Origin: Candidatus Sumerlaeota bacterium
Lineage (GTDB): Bacteria; Sumerlaeota; Sumerlaeia; SLMS01; JAHLLQ01
Length of the DNA: 64,000 nucleotides
Assembly: GCA_030156535.1 (NCBI GenBank)
Contig: JASGMJ010000022.1
Span: 9,987 to 73,986, forward strand
Direction of reading: 5' to 3'
The stretch's first letter is position 1. The number at the start of each line of letters is the position of its first letter. The translations under genes were made by a program, and so were the position numbers. The notes under the pieces are model-generated. The model did no database searches, was not told the DNA's origin, and saw only the letters and a program-made list of their open reading frames with translations. Below are positions 8,179 to 16,800 of the stretch, piece after piece.

Positions 8179-9810
8179 ATGCAGCAGCAATCGTTTCGCA
8201 CCGCTCTCGCGATTGGCCTGATTGCCGGAGCCGGCAGCCTGGCCTTCGCACAGGAAGGCAACACGACGTTCTTCACCGGCGAGCACGTTGTCGCGGGTGG
8301 AAATCTCCCGGCTTTTAGCAGCTTTGATCCCAGCGTCAATGACGCCACGAGCCGCATGTACAACGACGGCACGACTGCCGGCGACGTCAGCGCGTCCGAC
8401 CACATCTGGACCTACTCCGCCACTGGCATCACCCCTTCGGGCGACCCCCTTGCGGTTGAAACTTGGAAGATGGCGACTTGGGATGGCGTGGATTCGGGAA
8501 CCGCCTGGTCGCATGAGAGTCCGTCGGGTGGCGACGCTCTGTATCCCACCAACGAAGCGGCCGTGGATTTCTTCTGGGTGGACCCGGACGGTTCGATGGG
8601 CGACGGCTACCTGCCGGATAACAACTTTGTCTACACCTCGCCGAACAACATTGCGGCGCGGATGCAGGCAGCGAGCAGTTTTGCCATTTTCGGCAACTTC
8701 GGCACGGAGCTCGGTGCCACTGGTGACTGGGGAGACTCTGGCACCCATCTGTCGCTGACTCGCAATGCCAGCACGCAGGAGTGGGAGGTCACCCTCTCCG
8801 GCTGGCAGAACATCGGCAACAAGGAATTCAAGGCCGTAATGAACGGCGACTGGGGGCCCGGAAACGAAATCGGCACCAACGGTTTTGGTGGCGGCAACAT
8901 CAGCTTCTTCCTGCTCAACAAGGCCGACGTGGTGACCTTCAAGGTGCGCGAAGCCGACGGCCGCTACAAGTTTGAAGGCCTGACGCCGCTCCCCAGCACG
9001 GATGGCGTTTATGCCCTCGGACCGTGGACGACGACGCCCGAGACCGACAGCATGATGACATCGGTCGCAGATGGCTTTGAACTGACCGTGACCGTTCCGA
9101 CGGCCGGCCAGCAGACCCTGACAGTGTTCGAGATCTCCGGTGGTAATCTTGTCAAGCTGTGGCCGGGACAGGGCGCGCATCCCTTCAAGACCACGACCGA
9201 CAATCAGGAGATTCGCGTCAACCTGCACACCGCCTCCATGGCGGACGGTGCCTTCCCCGATTCCGACTTCATTTACACGGACCCGGCTTCTCGCATCGAC
9301 TTCACCGCTGCAGCCAACGCCCGTATCCAGATCGTCGGGCCGCTCAGCATGTGGGGCCTGCGCTATGGCGGCGACTTCGACAACCCCGCCACCGATGGCG
9401 TTGGCAGCAATGACCCCGTCGCCACACAGGTCGGCTCCGATGCGTTCCTGTATCGCTGGGACGCCCCGACGACCAACCACGGCACTCCTGCACCGGGCCT
9501 GACCAAAGAGTACAAGGCCGTTGCCGTTACTGACGACATCGCCATCTCGGCCTCGAACGCCTGGGCCATTCAGCTTGGTGGTGTCCATGACCTGACCGGC
9601 GAGGAACGCAAGTGCGGCCTCTCGCTGCTTGGCGACAACAAGAACCCGAGCTACGACTTCCTGGATGCGACGGACTACTCGTTCTTCGTCGACACGGCTA
9701 CCGGCCGCGTGAAGGTCCAGCTCGCCACGGATCCTGTCCCGACACTTCGTCCCGCCCGTGCGAACGACGCCGTCGGCGCCTCCAATGTTTCCGAGTGGAC
9801 CGCCTACTAA
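8179..9810 (+). CDS. Secreted protein with two internally repeated beta-rich modules (putative carbohydrate-binding), function unknown
   Basis: Signal peptide MQQQSFRTALAIGLIAGAGSLAFAQ, with GGAGGG RBS before the ATG at 8179. Internal duplication: DGYLPDNNFVYTSPNNIAARMQAASSFAIFGNF...EFKAVMNGDWGPGNEIG vs DGAFPDSDFIYTDPASRIDFTAAANARIQIVGPL...EYKAVAVTDD...AWAIQLGG. It lies 122 nt downstream of the pseudopilin on the same strand and is followed by a strong terminator. Confidence 0.75.
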   Translation: MQQQSFRTALAIGLIAGAGSLAFAQEGNTTFFTGEHVVAGGNLPAFSSFDPSVNDATSRMYNDGTTAGDVSASDHIWTYSATGITPSGDPLAVETWKMATWDGVDSGTAWSHESPSGGDALYPTNEAAVDFFWVDPDGSMGDGYLPDNNFVYTSPNNIAARMQAASSFAIFGNFGTELGATGDWGDSGTHLSLTRNASTQEWEVTLSGWQNIGNKEFKAVMNGDWGPGNEIGTNGFGGGNISFFLLNKADVVTFKVREADGRYKFEGLTPLPSTDGVYALGPWTTTPETDSMMTSVADGFELTVTVPTAGQQTLTVFEISGGNLVKLWPGQGAHPFKTTTDNQEIRVNLHTASMADGAFPDSDFIYTDPASRIDFTAAANARIQIVGPLSMWGLRYGGDFDNPATDGVGSNDPVATQVGSDAFLYRWDAPTTNHGTPAPGLTKEYKAVAVTDDIAISASNAWAIQLGGVHDLTGEERKCGLSLLGDNKNPSYDFLDATDYSFFVDTATGRVKVQLATDPVPTLRPARANDAVGASNVSEWTAY

Positions 9811-9858
9811 GGCCCCGCTCTTCCAAACGCTTCACGCGAACCCCTACCACTCCACGAG

Positions 9859-9892
9859 CCGCCCCCGCCTGCAAGCGGGGGCGGTTTCGTTT
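9859..9892 (+). terminator. Rho-independent terminator after the pseudopilin / secreted-protein operon
   Basis: Perfect 10-bp GC stem CCGCCCCCGC / GCGGGGGCGG with 6-nt loop, followed by TTTCGTTT. Confidence 0.7.
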
Positions 9893-10085
9893 GAAGACCG
9901 CGCACCTTGCCGACAATCACCCACTTCCACATTCGTCGAGGCTGGGACGCCTCCGAGTTCAACTTCCGGCGACGATTCATCAAGACTGCTCTACGACAAG
10001 GCTCCGTGCCCTGTCGCATTGAGAACATCCCGCTGCGCCTGTATGATCCACGGAAGCAAATTTATTGGACGGGTTTCTTTCTTTT

Positions 10086-10108
10086 CTCCGTGCCTCCGTG
10101 TCTCCGTG
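10086..10108 (+). repeat. Three tandem copies of CTCCGTG at 8-nt spacing
   Basis: ctccgtg-c-ctccgtg-t-ctccgtg read directly, about 65 nt upstream of the ATG at 10172. Immediately followed by hairpin GTGGTGAAA-TGA-TTTC(C)ACCAC (10106..10127). Confidence 0.5.
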
Positions 10109-10171
10109 GTGAAATGATTTCCACCACACACGACTTTCGAGAAAGCGCCCTCCCGGCGTTGCGATGAAGCC

Positions 10172-12172
10172 ATGAGTCCCAAGCGTCCGAAAACCGCGCA
10201 AGCCGCGCGCAAGTCCCTTTCTCCCCGCCAGCGTCTGTTGCTTGTCGCCTTCGGGTTGGGCGTGGCGTTGGGGTGCCTGCTCCTCGTGGAGATCACCCTG
10301 CGCGCCATGGGCTATGCGCGCCCGGACCCGTTCTTCGCCGAGGGACCGGACGTGCCCGGGTATGGAACGGTGCACGTGACGTCGGAGAATTGGGCGCGGC
10401 GGTTCTTCTTTCAGCGCGTCGATGGCAAGCGCCTGCCCGTGGGGAGTTCGGTGCCCCAGTACTACTTCACCCCGAAGCCGCGCGAGGCGTTGCGGGTGGC
10501 GGTGATCGGCGAATCAACGGTGCAGGGGTTCCCCTATCCGGCGAATCTTTCCATCAGCCAATACGTGCAGGCGCTCCTGCAGGACCTTGCCCCCGAGCGC
10601 GACGTGCAGGTGTTCAACTTCGGTTTCACGGCTGTGGCATCCTATCCGGTGTCGCGCGTCGTGGAGGAGACCGCCGTGCAAACGGAGTGCGACGCCGTTG
10701 TGATCCTCGTCGGGCACAACGAGTTCTTCGGTGCGTATGGAGTTGCTTCGAGTCAGTACGCCGGCAACTCGCGCCGGTTGCTCGCGCTTCACGAGGCGTA
10801 CAACGATCTGCGCTTCGTCAAGCTGCTGCGGGAGGGCATCGGGAAACTGGGGACGGAGTCAGATGCCGGGCAGGAAGCAGAAGGGGGCTTGATCAACTAC
10901 ATGGCGGCGGACAGCGGCATCGGGCCGGATGACGCGCGGCGCAGGACGGCGGCCACGTTGCTCGAAGCGAACGTGCGCTGGTCGATTCGTCACTGCCGCG
11001 ATGCCGGAATTCCGGTGCTTGTGGGCACGATGCCGAGCAACCTGTCGGGCTTTGCGCCGGTGGGGCGTTCGGTTGCCGCCCTGCCCGGGACGGACGAGGC
11101 ATTGAAGGAAGCGATGCAGATCGAGGAAGGGCCCGGGCGCCTGGCCGCTCTGGAGGCACTCGCCGAGAAGGACGCGAATCACGCGCTGCTGTGGTTTCGT
11201 CTGGGCGAGGCGCGCGAGAAGGCGGAAGACAACGAGGGCGCGCGGGTGGCGTTCGTGCGGGCCCTCGATCTGGACGGAATGCCTTGGCGCGCGCCGACAC
11301 TGTCGAACGAGGCGCTGCGCCGTGCGGCGGCGGAAGAGGGAGCCGCGCTCGCCGATTGCGTGGAATCGTTTCAGCAGGCAACGAAGTACGCCGCGCCCGG
11401 GTGGGACTTCTTCGACGACCACGTGCATCCGTCGCTGCGGGGCCGGATGCTTTATGCGCGCACGCTTGTCGATGGGCTGATTCCGCTGCTCGGGCTTGAG
11501 GGGCGTGAAGGGAGCCTGCGCGCGGACGAAGAGTACCAGCGCGAGCTCGGCGGCCAGCATCTTCTCTCCAGCCGCGAGGCGTACAACCGTCTCGGTTCGC
11601 TCTTCGAGGGGCCGCCGATGTCGGTCAACAACGAACAAGTGTACGGGAACTTCGTGAGGATCGTGAATGACCTGGATGCGCGGATGTTGCCGGAGGAAGC
11701 GAATGCGTGGCAGATCCACGGCAAGCTGGTGGAGGAAGGCGTTCCCGGTCCGCCGCCGGCGCTTGTGGCGGGCACGCTGATGATGCAGGCGGGGAAGTTG
11801 CGTCCGGCGATTTATCAGATGGGGATTGTGCGGCAGTCGCGGACGCTGTTCTCGATGCCGTGGGTGCAGGCGGCTTGGACAGAGGGGCATTGCCGCCGTC
11901 TGCTGGGCGAGCCGCTGGGGCCTGCCCTGGAGCGCGACCTCGACCGTGCGCTGATGGTGCTGGATGTGCTTCCACAACTCGAATCCGGGCCCGAGGCGGA
12001 GTTGCACAAGGCCCGTGGGCAGATTTACTGGGTGCAGGAGCGCTACGACGACGCCATCGCCGAGTTGGAGAAGGTCCTGGCCGTTGCGGAAAGCGACGAG
12101 GCACGCAAGGACGCGCGCACGTCGATCGAGGCCATCAAGGCGGAAAAGCAGGCCCGTATGGCGCAGCAGTAA
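10172..12172 (+). CDS. Membrane-anchored SGNH/GDSL-type hydrolase with inserted and C-terminal TPR-like repeats
   Basis: N-terminal TM LLLVAFGLGVALGCLLLVEI. SGNH blocks: VAVIGESTVQG (block I, Ser in GES), VILVGHNEFFG (block III, GxN), FFDDHVHPSLRG (block V, DxxH). TPR-like LWFRLGEAREKAEDNEGARVAFVRALDLD and KARGQIYWVQERYDDAIAELEKVLAV. Confidence 0.7.
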   Translation: MSPKRPKTAQAARKSLSPRQRLLLVAFGLGVALGCLLLVEITLRAMGYARPDPFFAEGPDVPGYGTVHVTSENWARRFFFQRVDGKRLPVGSSVPQYYFTPKPREALRVAVIGESTVQGFPYPANLSISQYVQALLQDLAPERDVQVFNFGFTAVASYPVSRVVEETAVQTECDAVVILVGHNEFFGAYGVASSQYAGNSRRLLALHEAYNDLRFVKLLREGIGKLGTESDAGQEAEGGLINYMAADSGIGPDDARRRTAATLLEANVRWSIRHCRDAGIPVLVGTMPSNLSGFAPVGRSVAALPGTDEALKEAMQIEEGPGRLAALEALAEKDANHALLWFRLGEAREKAEDNEGARVAFVRALDLDGMPWRAPTLSNEALRRAAAEEGAALADCVESFQQATKYAAPGWDFFDDHVHPSLRGRMLYARTLVDGLIPLLGLEGREGSLRADEEYQRELGGQHLLSSREAYNRLGSLFEGPPMSVNNEQVYGNFVRIVNDLDARMLPEEANAWQIHGKLVEEGVPGPPPALVAGTLMMQAGKLRPAIYQMGIVRQSRTLFSMPWVQAAWTEGHCRRLLGEPLGPALERDLDRALMVLDVLPQLESGPEAELHKARGQIYWVQERYDDAIAELEKVLAVAESDEARKDARTSIEAIKAEKQARMAQQ

Positions 12173-12184
12173 CGCGCCTGCTTG

Positions 12185-13732
12185 CTACATCACGCGCTTG
12201 AACATCGAGTAGTTCGTCGCGTGGCCGCGGTCGACGGAACGGAACATTCGCACGCCCTTGGGCGGCAGCGTCACCGTCAACGTGCCCGCGTGCAGAGTGG
12301 TGCGCTCGCCGGTGAGGAGGCACTCCATCGGCGCCGCGTCCATCCAGAGCGAGTAGCGCACCGGGATCAACTCCGTCACCGTTTCGCTCGTCGAGGGATT
12401 CGCAACGATGAGCACCGTGTCGATGGCGTGCTCGGAAGTGCGCAGAAAGCACACGAGGCGTTCGGCGTCGAGCACACGGCAGTCGCCGTGAATGAGCGCC
12501 GGGTTCTTCCGGCGCAGGCGCAGCAGGCGGCGGATGAAGGCGTACTCGGGGTTGTCGTCGTTCACGAGATCCCATCGCATCGCCCCACGGCAGAAGGGAT
12601 CGTGCCCGCCCTCCATGCCGAGTTCAGAGCCGTAGTAGATCGTGGGGCAGCCGGGGAGCGTGAACTGCAGCACGCGCAAGAGCTCGCGCATGGCGATATC
12701 CGGCACGAGGTGGGGCAGGCGCGCCGTGTCGTGATTGTCGAGGACGAGGTGGCTGCGCAGAAGGCCGTCGTAGTCGCATTCGTCGAGCGCGCGCTGGAGG
12801 GCACGGTTGAACGCGGCGGGGGAGAACCTGCCGGCGGCGAGTGCGAGCATCAGTTCGCGCCAGTGCATGAGCAGGATGCCGTCGAGCACGGTGAGCCAGT
12901 CCTGCGGGTAGTTCCAACATTCGCCAACGACCCAGGAGCCTGGTTTGGCCTCGTGGGCGCAGTTGGTGAGGTCGCGCAGAATGGCGGGGCCGAGGTCGGG
13001 TGCGACGTCCAGGCGCCAGCCGTCGATGCCCTCGTTGCTCAGATACTGGCGCACGATGCCGTCCTCCGCGGCGTAGAGCCAGTCGCGGACGGCCGGGTTC
13101 TCCAGATTGAGCTCCGGCAGATTGGGGACGTTGCGCCATCCGCGCCATCCATTGCGGAACTGCTCTCCGATGTAAAAGAACTCTGCTCCGTCCCCGGTTT
13201 CCAGTGCCTTCTCGAAACAGCGCGCGTGCCGTCCCATGTGATTGAACACGCCATCGAGCATCAGGTACATGCCGCGTTCGTGCAGACTGGTGGCGAGTTG
13301 CTTGAGTTCGGCGTTGGTGCCGTACTGCGGGTCCACGCGGCAGTAGTCGCCGGTGTCGTACTTGTGATTGGTCCACGCCTCGAAGATGGGATTCAGATAA
13401 ACCCATTGAACGCCAAGTTGCTGGAGGTAATCGAGCTTGGCGCGGAGCGATTCGAGGTCGCCGCCCCAGAACTCCAACTGTCCCTCGACGATTCCCTCGG
13501 GTTCGATGCGGTGGCCGCGCTGGGGCGTGTCGCTCCACTGTTTCAGACGGCGCGGCGGGGCGTAGTGCTCGCGTTTGGCATCGAGGCGGCTGGAGGGCGC
13601 AAAGCGATCCACGATGATCTGGTAGACGACGGCACCGATGCGCGGGTCGTGGCGGCGTTCTTCGATGCGCCGATGGCGCTGTTGCTCGATGGCGCTGAAC
13701 AGGGCGGGGTTTTCGGTTTGCTCGTGCGTCAT
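12185..13732 (-). CDS. Cytoplasmic GH13 alpha-glucosidase / maltodextrin-hydrolysing enzyme
   Basis: GH13 regions MLDGVFNHMG, GIDGWRLDVAPDL, WVVGECWN, VLDNHDTARL. No signal peptide. The ATG at 13732 (MTHEQTENPALF...) avoids an implausible P/S/T-rich extension of the track ORF (to 14014) that would overlap the upstream gene. Confidence 0.85.
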   Translation of the reverse strand: MTHEQTENPALFSAIEQQRHRRIEERRHDPRIGAVVYQIIVDRFAPSSRLDAKREHYAPPRRLKQWSDTPQRGHRIEPEGIVEGQLEFWGGDLESLRAKLDYLQQLGVQWVYLNPIFEAWTNHKYDTGDYCRVDPQYGTNAELKQLATSLHERGMYLMLDGVFNHMGRHARCFEKALETGDGAEFFYIGEQFRNGWRGWRNVPNLPELNLENPAVRDWLYAAEDGIVRQYLSNEGIDGWRLDVAPDLGPAILRDLTNCAHEAKPGSWVVGECWNYPQDWLTVLDGILLMHWRELMLALAAGRFSPAAFNRALQRALDECDYDGLLRSHLVLDNHDTARLPHLVPDIAMRELLRVLQFTLPGCPTIYYGSELGMEGGHDPFCRGAMRWDLVNDDNPEYAFIRRLLRLRRKNPALIHGDCRVLDAERLVCFLRTSEHAIDTVLIVANPSTSETVTELIPVRYSLWMDAAPMECLLTGERTTLHAGTLTVTLPPKGVRMFRSVDRGHATNYSMFKRVM

Positions 13733-13823
13733 GTGTCGTTGCTCCGGCGGCTGGCTGTAAAGAAAGCCGGGGAGGGTGAGCTCCCCGGCCGGTGCTGGTG
13801 TTTGTTGTGTTCGTTCGCGGCCA

Positions 13824-16800
13824 TCAGGGGCAGGCGCTGATGATCTGAAGGGCGTGGTTGAAGATGCGTTGTGCATCGGCGGGAGTGACACTGCCGTCCC
13901 CGTCGCCGGCATCGACGCATCCATCCGCGTCGTCTGGTGCGATGTCGGCGGCGTCGGAGGAAACACCCGTGCCGCACGTGGCGAACAGGAAGCATTCGAA
14001 CGCGGCCTGCGCATCGGCGGGGGTCACGACTCCGTCCCCATTGGCGTCTCCGGGGACGACGGGTGCCGAGCCGATGTTGGCGGCGCCCGGCGTGGGCACG
14101 GAGGCGTCGGCGCCGCTCGTCGGATCCCAGTCCGCCGCGCTGTCGGTGTCGGTGCTTGCCGAGTCGCGTGCCAGCGAATGGTTGCTTGTTCCACTGGCCG
14201 GGCCTGCAACGTCGCCCACCAGGGTCGTGCCGTCCGGTGCCTTGCGAATCACTCCACTGGTCTCTTCGTTGGCGCTGTTACGCCAGTCCACATAGTCGAT
14301 GCCGATTCCCCACGGATCGACGAGACCGACGGACGCGCCGCGCGTCTCGTCCCACGGGATGTTGAAGCCCGTGTGGAGAACTGTCGCCGTATCGGCTGGG
14401 GGAGTGGTGCCGCCGTCGTCCGACACGAGCAGATAGCCCCCCGGGGCGATCGTCGTTCCATCGGGGAAGACATAATCGCGCGGAACGATTTCCTTGTCGT
14501 TCATGCGCAGCGCCCAGCCGGAAAGATCGACGGGCGAAGCGCCCGGGTTGTAAAGCTCAACCCAGTCCGGCACGCCGGCGAACACTTCGTTGATGAGGAC
14601 GGTGGGGCTGGTGCCAAAGGCAGCGACCGCTTCGATGGTCTGCGTGCCGACGTAGGAATCGCTCGCGTTTTCGGGGAGCGTGTTCGGGCTGGCGCCGCCG
14701 GTGTCGGGCGCCGTGACGGCGGCGAGGCGGATCTTGCGCGGGTCGGGATTTCCGAGCGCCTCCAGCGGGAGGACGATCTCGAACGTGTTCGGCCCCGCGA
14801 TGGTTGTTCCCGGTGCGGCGGAGAAACCCGCCGTTGCCGCATCGTAGCCCGCGGAGAACGAACTGTTGAACTCGAAGTTGTCAAACGCTCCCGGCAAACC
14901 GTCGCCGCCGACGGTGTAGCCGTATGCCGTGCCCGGCGATGTCATGCCGAAAACGGCGTCGAAGCCCACGCCGGCGGTGACGAGCGCGGGCGCGAGGGTG
15001 AAGTCGGCACGGCTGATGTCGCCGCGCAGGCCATCGGATTCGTCCGTCAGTTCCACGCCCATTTCCGTCGTGCCGCCGCCGGAACCGGCATTCACGTCGA
15101 TGTAGAGAATCGAGACGTTGTCCAGGCTGTCCTCGTTGGCGCCGAACATGTCGCCGCGCAGAGCAATGCCGAGCACCCCGTCGCGAACTGCCGCGTGCAA
15201 CTCCGTCAACGTGCCATCGGCGCCGTAGTCGGCGGGGAGTGCGCTGCCGGTGGAGCCGTCGGCGGCGGAGGCCGCGAGGACGGGCAACGCGAGGAACTCC
15301 GTGGCGTCGCCGTCGATGGCGAAGGGAGGAAGCGTCTCCGGCTGGCCGAGTCCATCAACGGTCAGGCTCGAGTTCGCTTCCGACGTGAAGCCCGTGCCGT
15401 TGGGGCCGGTGCTGGCGCGGACGCGCACGGTGTAGGTGCCGTTCTGCAGGCTCAGCGCCCCGGCGGGAATCGTGTCGGCCAGATCGAAGGAGCCGACGGG
15501 CTTCGTCACCGAGAACGCTCCGGCAGGCGGATCGGTAAGCGTCGCGATCAACTGCGAATCGGCGGGGCCATCCAGGAAAATCTGGGCAAACCCCGGGGCC
15601 GAGCCGAACGTGCCCGCGACGACGATCTCCGTGGGGTTGGTGACGGTCTCCCCCGGAGGGGCGGGATTCGTGATCGTGATCGTGGGGCCCGAGGCGTCAT
15701 CGGCGACCGTGACGTTGGCAATCGCTTCGGAGGGCGGCTCGCCTCCGGCGGTCAGCTGGGCGACGGCGCGGAACGTGTGCGGGCCGGGGCCGTAGTTGCG
15801 CCAGAGGAAGCGGAACTCGTCGTAGTCGTCGCCGCCGAGGTTCTGATCGTTCTGCACGAGACGGCCAACCGGGGGGAGCAGCGAGGCGTCATACGGCTCG
15901 GCGCTGATCGCGGCGCCGTCATCCACCTGCAGCATCACGGTGTAGTCGCCGTCGTTGAACGAGATCGGGCCGTCGGCTGCGGACTCCGTGTTCACGCGGA
16001 CCACGATTTCGTTCGCGTACTCGGCGGTATCGATGCTCGCGGGGAAGGACTCGAAACTGACGCTGTCCGAGGAAGGATCGGTGTCCACGCCAATCAGAAT
16101 CTCGGGTGTTGCGACGTCCACACCGATGTTGTCGAAGCGCGTGATCGAGTAATTGCCGGATTCCTCGAAGGCGACGACGGTGATTTCGGTTGTCGTGCCG
16201 GTGCCCGCAAAGCCGCTGAGCACGCGGCGCCATTCGAGGCGGTCGTGCTGGCGCGCCTTGTTGCTGTCGTTGACGAGCGCGAGAACCTGCTCATCGGTGG
16301 CATCGGCGGGAACATCGAGCAGAATGTGAACGGCGTTCGCCGTGTGGTCGGACTGCACGGCGGCTTCGTAGTCGGCCGAGGTGATGTCGCCGCTTCCGGT
16401 GCGGGGCGGGAAGAGGAGTTCGGCGGTTGGCGGAACGCGATCGAGATAAACCACGGCGCGTTCGTTGTCGTAAATGGCGGGGGTATCGGCGGGGCGCTCG
16501 AGGAACGCCACGGTCTCGATGTACGTGTAGCCTTCCTTCAGGTTCGTGGCGTCGATGCTCGCCGTGTAGGTGCCGTCGTTGACGTTGGGGAAGTTCTCGA
16601 AGCCGGCGAACTCGCCGTGGGCGTTGCGGGTGCCGTCGCCATCAACATCGACTTCGCCGAAGTTGACCTTGATGAGCGCGGCGTCGCTGACCGGCGAGTC
16701 GGCCACGTCGAGTTGAACCTCGATAGTGTCGGCCGTGACGACTTGCAGCGTCGTCAGGCGGCGCTGGGCCTGCGAGCGGCCGTCGTCGGGATCGGGGCCG

